Of a stretch of DNA of 64,000 bases, positions 12,423 to 25,350 are shown piece after piece. Made by a program: the position numbers and the translations under genes. The stretch lies in the NCBI RefSeq assembly GCF_009914755.1, contig NC_060927.1. One strand, 5' to 3'. Origin of the DNA: the human T2T-CHM13v2.0 reference genome, Homo sapiens. The notes under the pieces were generated by a model. It made no database searches and was not told where the DNA came from. It was given only the letters and a program-made list of their open reading frames with translations. Within the stretch, counting starts at the first letter, position 1. The number at the start of each line of letters is the position of its first letter.

Positions 12423-15400
12423 ATAAATGTAGGAAAGTGTCATTTCTCCATGATTTTTTTTCAGAAAAAGTTATGAGTATCAATGGACTGTGTGGTGCTT
12501 ATATACTGCTAATTATGTATAAATGAAGTGCAGCAAAACATAGTCTCATAATAATTTCAAAAATACTGATTTTGGACCTAGCTTTTAAGATTTATTTATT
12601 TAATGAACAGCTATACTGAACAATATTTTAAATTGTTTGATTGAACTAGGATTAATTATATAAATCATGTGAAAAATTTCAATCATTTGGCAGCCATTTT
12701 GTAAACAACTCACTCTATCATTTTGTAATTGGTAGATTGCTCAAATGTTGGAACAGTGTAACACAAAGTTTTCAGATTCAAATAGATTATGATTTTAAAA
12801 GGTTGGAACTTTAAAAAAAACAGGATTTTATTTGAGACATTAGGCAATTATCCATATATTTCATCTAAAGACAAATGTAACACACAGCCAACTTCCTTTA
12901 AGCCACATTAAAGCATCTAAGAACATATATATATAAAATATATATTATATAATTATAATTATATAATATTTATAATTATCATTGCTCCACTATTATAACC
13001 ATTAGAAACATAATTCTGTTTAAAAGTTTCAAACTTTTTAAAATTTTTTCAAAGAATAAGTGTAGTTAAATTTTCTTGAAGTTTATTCAAACTGACAGCT
13101 ATTAAGCACTTACTGTGTATATGTCTGATAGTGCTGTACATTAAATATAGAAAGATGAATATATGTCATAATCCCCAGGATGAAGGCATTATGGAGTTAA
13201 TAGACTCAGAAGTGTATGTAAAATCAATACATAATGAGAACTATTCTAAAATATGAATAATGATCTTGTACATTTTTTATCTGTAATAGCTTAGGTACTA
13301 TTTCTTTATTTGTTAACTATGGTTCCAGCCTATCTGTGTCATTTAAAACAAACTTCTCAAACTTCAAGAAACATATAAAATACCCTTTTTCTAGTTATAT
13401 TAATAAGACTATCAAGTAGCATTTAGTGGGTGTATACCTTGTGCCAAGCACTAGTGACAATATGTACTGTTTCATTTAATCTTCCCAAAAGTCCATTGGC
13501 ATTTCAAGCATAGTATTAACCAGACAATGCTCATATAGATAAAAGAGTAAACAAAGTTTGTAAGAAAGATTTCAGATTAGATTACCTTACAATTGCAATC
13601 CATTTTGATTTTCATGGTGGCTTTTTGATTGTTCATGGAATTTCTGAATAAGAAAATACATTTTCACAATGCCAGGCTTTACAAATATCATTTATAAAAG
13701 CTAAAAAGTAAAGCAAAATAACTACTGTTTTACAATTACGTTTTAATAATGTTAACTTAAAACTTAAAAATAAAACCACTTCTCATATACCAGTTTGTGG
13801 AGGATTGAGTTCCCTTGAGAGAGTGAAAATATGGTCTTAGTGATTTCTTTTATGAGATTACCCTTTCTCATCTTTGAAAACATTGAACAGATTCATGCTT
13901 TATACAGTATGTAGTTGAACGTTGGGAACCAAGTCGTACTGCAGTGGTAGGAGTAATTACAGCTGTCAGTTCTTTCAACATGAGAAAACAACCTTGTTTC
14001 AACTTTACAAGAAACAGATTGTAAGTATCCAAAGGAAAAGAAATAACAGTCTTTATGTGATGAACAGTGTGGTGATTGTTAAACTAGTAAACTCGGCCAT
14101 TTGGAGCGATGTATTTACTGGAGGCCGTTGGGAAGAAGATACTGTTTACGTGCAAGTTTGAGAGTGTTTTATGAATGAACAAACAAAAACATGAGCACTA
14201 AGTATCTCATCAGGAAGATTATAATGACTGGTGGACTTTTCAGAGTAGAGACATTGTGTCTAAAGAAACTTGTCTTAACTGCTTTCATGTGAGTTTTGTT
14301 TTTGTGTGAAAGCACTTCCTTTGTATCTGGGTGTTCCTCACATCTGGTTTATTTGGATGTTAGAAATCCAGGACTTCCTTATACTAAACAAGAAGAGAGC
14401 AGATTTAAAATTGGAAAAACTTGAAAACACATTATAAAATGAGGAGCAAGTGCTCTTATTTTTAACTGCTCTGCAATAAATTGTTTATTTTTTAAGCTAT
14501 TTGTTTAACATGTGCTTCTTCTCTTAATCTGTGTGGAGGGGGTTATTTGGTGTGCTTTTGGCAAAATTCAGTCTAAGTGCCAAAATCAGATGACAGGGAA
14601 ACTGACAGAAAAGCAAATCCATTGTTTTTATTCCACTGTTAGGTAAAACTTAAGGTCCTGGTTTCAAGCGTTTGCCATTTTTTTTCTTTACTTTGTGAAA
14701 ATGTTTACTTCTTAGGTAAAAAGAAGAATGATATTAGTTAGCAAATTAACCAAAAAAGTTAGTGTGCAAAAGCTAAAAGATGTTTTTAATGCTAAACAGA
14801 GCAGGAACATTTTATTTAAAAAAACGAGACCATGAAAGTGCTAAATATATAAGAATATAAGATTCTGATGACTTTTGGTGGCATCACTTTCCTTTATCTT
14901 TACATATTCACTCATGTCCACTACACATTTTATTTTTTTTTTGGAAAAAAAAATGTAACTAAGGGCAGCCAGATGGCCTAGGACAGAAAACAGGACACCT
15001 CTCCTTGCCTGGACAGATTTCAAGATTGACACTGCATCAGTGCACAAATGAATCCGGATAATGTGGCAGAAACAAGGTGTCTGCCTCTTAATATGTAGCA
15101 TGCAAAAGCTGAAGGAATAAAATAAACTTTCACTGACAGTTCTGGTTTGCAGATATATAAGAATGAAATTGTGATGAAGTGAAGGTTTGTACTGGGAAAG
15201 AAGCCAGGATGCTATGGTAGTGCGATCCAGTGTTCCACTCTTGGCCAACCAAATTCTGCTCTTTTATGATCGAACCACTTATTCTCAAGTTCTGCTTTAG
15301 AAAAAGCAAGATTAATGTGGAAGTCTTCATTAAAATTCAATTGCCAGATATTCCTTAATGCAACTTTAATATAATTTTCTAGGATCGCCAAATTTAAACA

Positions 15401-16129
15401 AATTCTATTTGACCTTTATTAACAGGCACCCCTTCTCATACTTCAGCTGTTATCCATAACACCTGTAGCAAATTCCTATGGTGTTCTTTCACAAAACCAG
15501 ATCTCTTGCAAAGTTGATGAAAAACGAAGAGGAACAAGGAGCATAGAATATCATATTTCTTTTAGGTGTTTCTCCTGATTTCCTTTGGGTCCTGGAACAT
15601 GTGCTTAAGTTTACAGTTATCTAAATAACCCTGCTGCTCCAAGCAGATGACTGTTGTAAAGGGGTAACCTTGCGGGGATAAAACCAGGGCAGGGGAACCC
15701 AGAAGCAGAGATGAAACTCTCTGCGGGCTGATGATGTATGTATATTGATTTCACAATTGTCCTACAGGTACTAATTCCAGGAAGTTGCTTCTACATGTCT
15801 CTGGGGATGCAGCAGTAAGTAAAAGAGAACAAATCATCCTTGGCAGTAGGGTAGATAGAAAATAACCAACACTAATATATACAGTGTAGGTAGTAACACT
15901 CGCTATGAAGAAAAAGAAAAAAAAAAGGGAAAGAAGTCAGGGGAAAGAGAGAGTTAATGGGCAGGGCTGAAATTTTAAATAGAATCAACAGAGAAAACCC
16001 TGAGAAAGTGAGATAAATGCCTAAAGTTTGTGAGGTCTTTTCTGTCCACCTCAGTTGAAAGAGCCTACCATTGCTTGTTTGTGTTTTTAACAGATACTTC
16101 AGTAGTTCTATGTATACCATTGCGTCACA

Positions 16130-16300
16130 AATATTAATTCATTTGAATCTACAAGATAACACAATGGGACACATTCTATTATAATTTTGTAGATGAAAAC
16201 AAAACTACAATGAAAATAAGTAAATTATCCAAGGTTGCACAACCAGTTAATGTTGAAGATAAGATTTAAACCTAAACAGCTTGACTCCAGAATGTTCTAA
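16130..16300 (-). mobile_element. MIR
   Basis: 'attttgtagatgaaaac...aagtaaattatccaaggttgcacaaccagt...gatttaaacctaaacagcttgactccaga'. Confidence 0.65.
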
Positions 16301-17319
16301 ACCATTTTTAGATGCGTCTTTAAAAGTAGATTTATTTCTGTGGATTCTACCACTTCATTGAGGATTGCCTTTAATGTTCATGGTAGACAGTATGTGGTTT
16401 TTCATTAGGTGACATTGTCTCTTACTTCTCAATTAAGGTATACTTATAAATTCTTGGGGCTTTCTTTTACACTGTCTATTAAAAGGAATGAAAGAATATG
16501 CAAAGTATTGGTTGGCTATTTAGTCTGGTCAAGAATTCCTAAATTTGTTTATCAGAAAACAATGTATTATTACAAAAAATGTTAAAGATGTTAAGCAAGA
16601 TAAAATAAATGTACAGGATGCTCCTTATTATGTCTGCTTTTCCCAGATTCATAATAAATGAACACATTAATATTTTATAGATTTGAGAAGTCCTCTTTCA
16701 AAGAGACAAGATTTGCTTTTGTATATCCCGTTGCTTCTCAAACATATTTTACAGTGGGCCTCTTCTTCTCAGCAACAACTGCAACATTCAAAGGACCCCA
16801 ATGTGCTAAGGAGCATTCTTAATAAACAGTGCCAAAAGAGTACTGGATCAAGCTGTCTTCCAAATTTGGAATTAGTTCTATTTGAAAGGAGTGGAAACTT
16901 GGTAGGCAAATACATATGAAAAAATACATATATTTGCCCTTAATTTTGTTAAAGAAAAAATTCCTATGCATGTATTTGGGGAAGAAGAAAAGAAATAACT
17001 ACTTTTTTTTGTTATAGTCCTAAATAATACATCACTGTAGGGCAAGGGCAATATATTATAAATAGCCTCACCCACATTTCCTTAAGCATATGTGCATTAT
17101 TTACCTAATTCATTAATATATTAGTTCATTTTGTACTAATATGTCTGGCATATTTTCAAATGTTTCTAATGTGATTTTACTGATTCATTAAGTCAATATT
17201 TATCAAATATCTACTAGGCATTTTGATAATCAAAGATTTTATTTTTAGCATCATTTCTATAGCCCTGATTATTTTACACAAAACTGAAGTTCCTTTTACC
17301 AAAATCAGATGCATGTTTT

Positions 17320-17660
17320 ATGAATCAGAGCTCTTAGTTGTAAGCATTGGAAACCTGCTGAAGCTGATTTAGTCAGAAAATAAATTTACTGAAAAGAGTA
17401 TTACTAACCCAGCTCAGAAAGTGGCTAGATACAAGTTAGGGAGGGTACAGTAAGGACCACAGCAAGCACCACCAAAATCCACCAGTGAAGTCCCTGTAAT
17501 TACCACCACCGTTAGTCCCTGGCTATGGTCTCATTGACACCACGACAAGGCTGTCAATTGAAGTCAGATGGCATTGCCAAAGCTGCTGCCAAAATAATAA
17601 ATTCTCCACTGCCTCTCACTCCCATTACAGAGTTCTGGGCAGGAATAGTCAATGAAACCA
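17320..17660 (-). mobile_element. Ancient MaLR/ERVL LTR remnant (MLT1-like)
   Basis: Begins 'tcagagctcttagttgtaagc..gaaacc..agctgatttagtcagaaaataaatttact', resembling the antisense end of old MLT1-type LTRs. Confidence 0.4.
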
Positions 17661-17954
17661 ATTGGAACTACAGAAAATAAGTGAGGTGTATTTGATGATT
17701 GTGTATCTAAATATAGGAAAGTGGCTCATTTTCTTGGAATCCAAAGCGGATAAATATCTTCATGACCCCCAACATTAATTACTATTAGTGCTATAATTTT
17801 CATCATTTTTATTATTACATTGTAGTATATAGAAGTACTCACTGTAATGAAACATCTTAGCTTCACACGGTGATTTATGAGATTGTGTTGAGGTATAAAG
17901 GAGATTAATTAAGAAAACTCTAAACACCAACTAGGCTTTATATGGGCTATGAGT

Positions 17955-18012
17955 TCCTTCCTTCTTTGCTTCCTTCCTTCCTTCCTCCCTTCCTTCCTTC
18001 TTTTCCTTCTTC
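17955..18012. repeat. (TTCC)n-like pyrimidine microsatellite
   Basis: tccttccttccttcctcccttccttccttc. Confidence 0.85.
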
Positions 18013-18595
18013 CTATTTTTGTATTTTTTAACTTTTTCTTCAAAAATAAAAGAAAAATTATACTAGATTTGGAAATATGACTAAATACTACAATAACCCG
18101 ACACTCTAAGACCGTTATCCTAAAGCAGTATACCAAAGAGTTTGAATAAGAAATGATGGTAATCAATTTCCTTACATTCCGTTAGGAGAAGGAAGTTTGC
18201 AAATGCTGTAAATGAACATAATATATAATATATTAGAAATCAATAATGTTTGGAACAATCAGAATGGATCTCACATTTCTTCTGGGGGTAACAGACAACA
18301 AACATATAATAAATACATAAACTGTATGCTATGTTAAAGTTTGAAAAGGGATATGAAAAGATAGAAAAAGCAGTGTAGCATATCTTGTTAGTGTCTGTTT
18401 CTTACAGAAAATGATGGTAATATTTAGATTGTTTTCCTTAGGTTGTTTGGAGAATAAAATGAGACTTCATGTGAAGGCCCTCTGAAAAGTTGTTATGATT
18501 ACAAAATTGTCAATATTCTTAAGTAAATAATTATAAATAACTGTTCATAAGTAAATAAAGCTTTATATTCCACAAGTCAGAGAAAAGTAATATTA

Positions 18596-18598
<3 letters not shown>

Positions 18599-18648
<50 letters not shown>
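18599..18648. repeat. (TG)25 microsatellite
   Basis: Perfect TG run. Confidence 0.97.
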
Positions 18649-18650
<2 letters not shown>

Positions 18651-18931
18651 CGCGCATTCTTTTTCTGTGTGTATTTCTTTCACCAAAGTTTGGATCATGT
18701 TGTACAGCAAACTTGTATCCTTTTAATTGTCAGCCCTAAAGATTCAACCCTAAAGCTTTCTTCAATATTGTCACAAACTTGGTATATCTCTTTGGCAACT
18801 GCTTTCCAGACTTTTAATAGGAAATCCATCAGCAAAATTTTCACTTTTTATAGTCTCCTCAGCTTACAAAGTTGCTACTGTCTCAAACCTCAAATATTTC
18901 TACATTAAAAACATTTTTTAACTACCTATTT

Positions 18932-19256
18932 CAGAGTGGTTCTCTAATTTTTTGGTCTCAGGATTGTACTCTAAGAAATTATTGAGGTTTTGCTTATGTT
19001 GGTTATGTGTGTAAATATTTACCCTAATGGAAATTAAACTGGGAAATTTAACGAAATTATTAATGCATTTAAAAATTAGCAGTAAGTCCACTAGAAGGAT
19101 GTTACCATCTGAGTGATGATCTCATCTCACATCACGCAGCTTCTAAAAATCTCCACCAAACTCTGGTAAGACAATTAGAGTGAAAAAGACAAACATTACT
19201 GTACTGTTACTATGAAAATCATTTTGATTTCCCTGGATCACACTTTAAGGACCATG
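18932..19256 (-). mobile_element. hAT-Charlie DNA transposon, internally deleted (Charlie1/MER119-like)
   Basis: 'gtggttctctaattttttggtctcagga..aaattattgagg' at one end; 'gagtgaaaaagacaaa..tatgaaaatcattttga..ggatcacacttt' at the other. Confidence 0.6.
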
Positions 19257-19289
19257 CCATATTAGAAACTAGAATAAAAAAGGAAAATG

Positions 19290-19735
19290 TTTGAATGGGT
19301 AACACATTCACATGGTTACAATTTCAAAAATTATAGAAGAAATATAGTGAAGTCTCTCTCCACCTCTGCCAGTAAGTCATTGTTTCTCCTCTCTCAAAGC
19401 CATTAATAGTATTAGTTATGTGGTTATATGTATACAAAAATTGTGTAATGTTTACATAGTATAAATATAACACCTGCTTTTATACAAATTGAATCTTTCA
19501 ATTATGTCTTATAGCTTACTTTTTTTGAAATCTAACAATGTATCTTGGAGATCTTTCATATAAAGAGCTTCCTTGTTCTTTATTTTTATGTTTGCATAGT
19601 ATTACAGAGTATGGATATACCATGATTTATTTAATTAGTTTTTTTACTGACGGGCAGTCATTCATTTTATATATACATATAAAACAAAAACAGTGGCTGT
19701 AATGAGTAACCTTGTGTGAATATCCTATAATTTTT
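19290..19735 (-). mobile_element. Old L1 (L1ME-like) 3' fragment
   Basis: 'cattcacatggttacaatttcaaaaa..atagtgaagtctc', 'aacaatgtatcttggagatctttcat', 'gcatagtatt..tatggatataccatgatttatttaa'. Confidence 0.6.
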
Positions 19736-19755
19736 ATTATTTTAAATCTGACTTT

Positions 19756-20088
<333 letters not shown>

Positions 20089-20607
20089 ACCTCTCTTGCT
20101 TAGTGAGCCTTCTTATCCAAGTGAGGTAATTCACTTAAAACACAAGTAAGAGATTTACACAGGAACTGGGAATTAGATGAACACATAATTATCTTCAGAG
20201 CAGGAATGCTTGAGGCTGAAAAGGGGTATTACTTAAAATTAAAATTGGGGATAACATGTAGAAAGTAAGACAATCCTGGACATATTAGGTAATATGGTGT
20301 CCTGGAAATCATGCATTTTAGAAATGAGGAAAGCAGGAGTAAATACAGGAACATGCCATACTCCAAATAAATTAGATCAGAAGAAATAAAGTACCTTATT
20401 AATTAATAATGTCCAAATAATCTATTTCAGCCATTGTGAATGATGATGTTAGTTTTATGCAAAAGCAAATGCAATGACCTAGCAGAATTTGTTCTTTGAG
20501 GATCTGATTTCTGCTCATTTTCTAAAATGTTCCTTCACTCAGTATTGTTCTCTTCCTTCCTCTCTTGCCCAGAAATCACTTGTCCAACCTCTCTCCTTCT
20601 CCTCAAT

Positions 20608-21037
20608 TGTAGTTTGGGTTCCCCTGAAATCAGACTGTAGGAAGGCATTTTGTATGCTGAATGTTTAGAAAGGAGTGCCTTTGGGATTCAAACCTGTGGA
20701 AAGGAAAGAAAGGAAGCAGGAATGGACAGAAGGTGAAGTGAAGCTGTGATCTAGACCTACCAAGGGTTTTAGCCCAACCCTGCATGCTGGAACTGAGAGG
20801 GGCTTTTAGAAAGATCTTGAATTGGGCTGAGATTGCAAGGCCTTTTTATTCCTGCAAAATCACTGGATGTGCCACCCTTGGGAAGGACCTGAACTCTAGG
20901 ACGGCCACTCCATGCAGCAAAGACAATATCTGAAAGGGTTGAAAGCTGCAGGGTGTCTGCTGACAGCATCCCAGCAGCCGGGGCTGCAGTCCTTCAATGA
21001 AGAGGTATTCAGGTGGCAAATTGCAGTGTCAGCCTCT
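20608..21037 (-). mobile_element. LTR16C-like ERVL solo LTR
   Basis: 'gggttcccctgaaatcagac', 'gagtgcctttgggattcaaacctgtggaa..ggaagcagga', 'gtctgctgacagcatcccagcagc'. Confidence 0.7.
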
Positions 21038-21159
21038 TGTATCAACATAGTCGCACAACAAACATGATTCATACTAAGATATAAATGATTAAAGTTTATA
21101 TTTACCAGGATATTTCATTTTAGCATGAGCAAAATAAATGAGCCAAATTACAGGAGTGA

Positions 21160-21350
21160 TTATAGCTTTAGGATCATTCACACCTAAACTTGAACCCTGC
21201 CATTGCCTCTTATTCACTGTAAGCTTCAGTTTCTTCTTCTATAATATAGGGATGATGATACCTATTTTGGAGGATAGTGTACAGATTAGAGGTTATATTT
21301 TAAGTAAAGGACTTAAGCGCCTAGTACATAGTGAGCATTTAGCAATGATG
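21160..21350 (+). mobile_element. MIR
   Basis: 'gcttcagtttcttcttctataatatagggatgatgatacctatttt..gtaaaggacttaagcgcctagtacatagtgagc'. Confidence 0.7.
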
Positions 21351-22220
21351 ACTTATTTTTAATGAGTAATCATAAAATTGATATTAACTTGATTAACTTT
21401 TAGTTTGATACTAAATACTTTGCTATGATTTTGAGGGGTCGGGGGAGAAGGGAACAATAAGGAAATAAGAAAGCTTTCCCAGAACATCTCATTTATGTTG
21501 CTGCTGATGCTTTATACTACCTTTTTATCATATTTTTTAATATTATTGATTTTATTACATTATAATAGCAATACCTCATATTCATATGATATAAAAATAA
21601 TGTGTAGATGTTTTGTGAGTTCCCTTAATATCCAATGTATACTTCTATTGAAATGTGGGAATGAAACTTTGTAAATAAACTAAATGAATACTAGTTGTGA
21701 GTATCTTAACTACACACCTGGGAAATCGAGGACTCTTGTCCGATTTCCCAATCAGACAAGATTGTGAGCTGTGGGTCTCTGCTGTAGCTGGGTGGCAGGT
21801 ATAAATGGAACACTCCTGAACAAATCAGAATTAATTGCCAAGAGAACCTGCAGTGTTACTTTCAAAGGATGATGGTATGGGGAAGGAAGAGACACAAAAA
21901 CCCATTCTAAAGTGACTGTTTTCTCTTTGAGGTCAATAAAACTGGTCTGGTGGTTTATCCAGGTGAATAAGAGGCTGATTAAGGAATGAGATCTTTAAAT
22001 CTGATTGTGCCTAGTTTTTTTGTATAGAGAAGTCAATAGTTAGGAGCAACAAACCAGAGTACCAAATAATATTACCATATTATTTTCAAGGGAATAGAAA
22101 CATCTCAAATTAATCCAGTGATGATTTTGAATTCTTCAGACAGAGGTAGCGTTTCAGACATAAAGGAGTAGAGAAGAGTAATTGATTTAGCAGCGCATGG
22201 ATCTACCAGGTAGCCTAGAC

Positions 22221-22444
22221 AAGGAATGTCCAATCTTTTGTCTCCCCTGGGTCAAATTAGAAGAAGAATAATTGTCTTTGCGCCACATATAAAATACACT
22301 GACACTAACAATAGCTAATGAGCTTAAAAAATAATCACCAAAAAACTTATAATGTTTTAAGAAAATGTACGGATTTGTGTTGAGCCACATTCAAAGCCAT
22401 CCTGGGCCGCATGCGGCCCACTGGCTGTGGGTTGAACAAGCTTG
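22221..22444 (+). mobile_element. MER30 (hAT-Charlie), full length
   Basis: Matches MER30 ('gtccaatctttt..cctgggccgcatgcggccc..gggttgaacaagcttg'); perfect 8-bp target-site duplication gcctagac at 22213-22220 and 22445-22452. Confidence 0.93.
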
Positions 22445-24014
22445 GCCTAGACACGCCCCGCTAAAAAATCCAACAAACCTTTGCAGAGTGTATGCTATTG
22501 CTGGGATTAACTGGAAATCTTTCTTGGAAGACATTTTTCAGACCTGTGTCACACCTGACATCTGAATTTTCCCATTCACAGCTTCTCTTGCCCTTTGGAT
22601 CTGCTTCCACCCAGACTTGCTGTAGGGTAAATCCCACTAGTTTTTCTGTCTTCCTCTGAACTTACTAGAAATCTTCCAGCACAAAATTCTAGATGCCTTC
22701 ATGATCCTTTTCTTTTATGGAGAAAAAAAATTAAGTAGGCCAAGGAAAGGATCTCCAGATTATTCAATGAAAGTATATGCTTTTCTGCCCATTTACTCTC
22801 TAGAGAGCATACAATTAGTGCTAATAGAATGTGTGCTGGTAGGATAATGCCCCAGAACACCCTGCAGAATAGTCACAGTATATCTCAGGGACTAGAAGAG
22901 AGTGTTTAATAAATGAAATTATCTGATAATACTACATTTAAAATGGAGGTGTATTTACACAACTACACAGAGACAACTTGTAGTACTACTCAAACAAACA
23001 AACAAAAATCTTTCAATGCAGCATTGCTGAGTCAGGGTTTTCATATCCTTATACTTCAGAAACTGTTTCTTATTTGGCTTTTAAAGATTGCAGGTCCTTC
23101 TTAGAGTCTTTCTGTCACCTCTGATTTTAATCAGTGAGGGATTAGGAACATAAAACAGATTAATACAGGAGACATTTTGTAAGTGATTCTAATGCAACAA
23201 CATTCTAGACAATCCCACTGGGATCCATGGGAAAATTCAACCTCATTTCTTTTGTAGCTACAATTGAAACTCTGGGAAAGCTGAATGAGAACACAAAGAA
23301 CTTTCACTTAAAATAAGACAAATTGCCAATGCTTAACTAATCCTCAAAAGCAGATCTTCCTAAGAATTAAAACGAAATGTCATAGTATGTAATCCACCCA
23401 ACATATATTATCTGTATATAAAACATTCTTGAAAGAAATTATACTTTTCGTAATAATTATTTTTAATAAATGCAATGCAATGCAAATATATTTCAAATTG
23501 GTTCAATCATTCCATCCCCAATGCTATCACCATAGAACAGACCATCTCTTAACTGTTCTAATGCATGGATTAAAAACTTCTGTGCTCTTCTGTGCCTTTC
23601 CTCTTTCCATCTCCATATTGTAGTCAAAATGATCCATTCAAAAATGCAAGTCTTATGTTAATTCTCTGCTTAATTTTTAATGTTATTACCTTCAAAAAAA
23701 TGTGTTACTTTTGTATTCTCCTTTTGAATCCTTGATCCAAATATCTTGCATCTTTACATACTCATCTTCTGAAATAAAAGAAGACATCAGCTTTTGTGCA
23801 ACAAAATCCTGACTCCTTTCCAAGGCTGTTCAGGCCTTGAATGATAAAGGCCCCTGCCGTTCTGGAACTTGGTCATGCTGTGGCTACACTGGCCAACAAT
23901 CAGCTCCTCAGAAACACCAAATACCCATTCAGGGCTTTTGTTCCTGTGTTTTCATTTTCCCAGAACACTTTTCCCTGGCTCTTCAAGCGCCGTTCACCCT
24001 ATGGTTTGTTTTAG

Positions 24015-24155
24015 ATGCTATCATCATCTTTGTTTTACAGATGATGAAACTAAAGCCAGAGAGGTTAAGTAATTTGCTCAAATGCTCATTAATAGCAAAT
24101 GAGTGGCAGGATTAAAACCCCGGTGATCTAACTCCAGATTCCCGGCTCTTCACTG
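24015..24155 (-). mobile_element. MIR
   Basis: 'ttttacagatgatgaaactaaagccagagaggttaagtaatttgctcaa..gtggcaggattaaaaccc..ctaactccaga'. Confidence 0.8.
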
Positions 24156-25182
24156 CATGAGATCTCTGTCTTAGCACCCTTCAGGTCTGGTTCTCAGCCT
24201 AAACGTCCGGGTAGTTTTCCCTGTTCCACCGTCTAAAGTAGGTTTAAGAACCACCTTCATCTTCTCATTCTTCGTTTATCTTCTTCTTCATATAATTTAT
24301 CAAAATTTGTAATTATTTATTATGGTAGTTGTTCAGCTTTTTAAATTGTACACTAAATTATGAGGTTTCTGTGGGCAAGACCAAAATATGCCCAGCACAT
24401 ATACTATCTTTTGAACAGAAGCACTCACTCTACACATTTTTGCTTGAAATAACTAAAACACATTGGGAGGAAGGGTAGTTATTGGATGCCTGTAACTTTT
24501 GAAAATGATATAAAGTCTTTAAATTATAATAATTGTTTTTTTCTGATTTTTTACTCTGATAACCATGTTACAAGATTCTATTTCATTCAAACGTATAAAA
24601 ACAACACCAACCATAAAAACAGTTCTTTGAAACAATGAAGACAAATCAATTATCTTCTATCCTTAGCATTTCTCCCTTTCTCTCCCAAATTCACCTGCTT
24701 CCTCTGATTTGCTCTCCTTTTTTCTTTTGCTTCTTGGAATTATTTGCATATAATTAGTTTCCAACACAGTGACATATCAGAAATGTCGTACTCTCAGAAT
24801 ATTTTAGAATGAGGTCTAGGGAGAACCTAAACAAAATGCACCCTTTTATTAAATTGACCTGACAATATTAAGGGGGTGCTTTTGAATGGATAATTCTTTG
24901 AAAGCATCAGTTAACAAACAGCACAAAAACACAAGCACAGCAACCCAGCAAGTATGATGTATTATTTAAGAAGGGGTTGAGTGGGGTCTTTATCTGACAA
25001 GTCACAGGCAGAAAACACATTCCTGCAAATTGCCCCATTTCTCCTCAAAATGTGTCTGAGGTGAAATGGAGCATCCTTTGTTTCGTACAAAGAAAATAAC
25101 TCAGGAAAATGACAGTTTAGTGATACATATCCTCATGGTCTAAAAGTCAATGACCTGGAAAAAAAATGATGAAAACTAATTT

Positions 25183-25350
25183 GTTTTAATGGACAGATAG
25201 TATTGTATATTTTTATCATGTACAACATAATGTTTTGAAGCATATATACATTGTGAAACAGTTAACTAGCTAATAGATGCATTACATCACAGAGTTTTTA
25301 TTTTGTGATAAAAGTACATAACATTCACTCTGTTTACATTTTTTCAAATA
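25183..25350 (-). mobile_element. L1MA 3' end fragment
   Basis: 'attgtatatttttatcatgtacaacataatgttttgaagcatatatacattgtg'. Confidence 0.7.

Noticed and set aside
14841-15248. Longest ORF in the track (135 aa, minus strand)
   Set aside because: Non-ATG start, no recognisable domain, runs through homopolymer tracts; length plausible by chance in 64 kb x 6 frames
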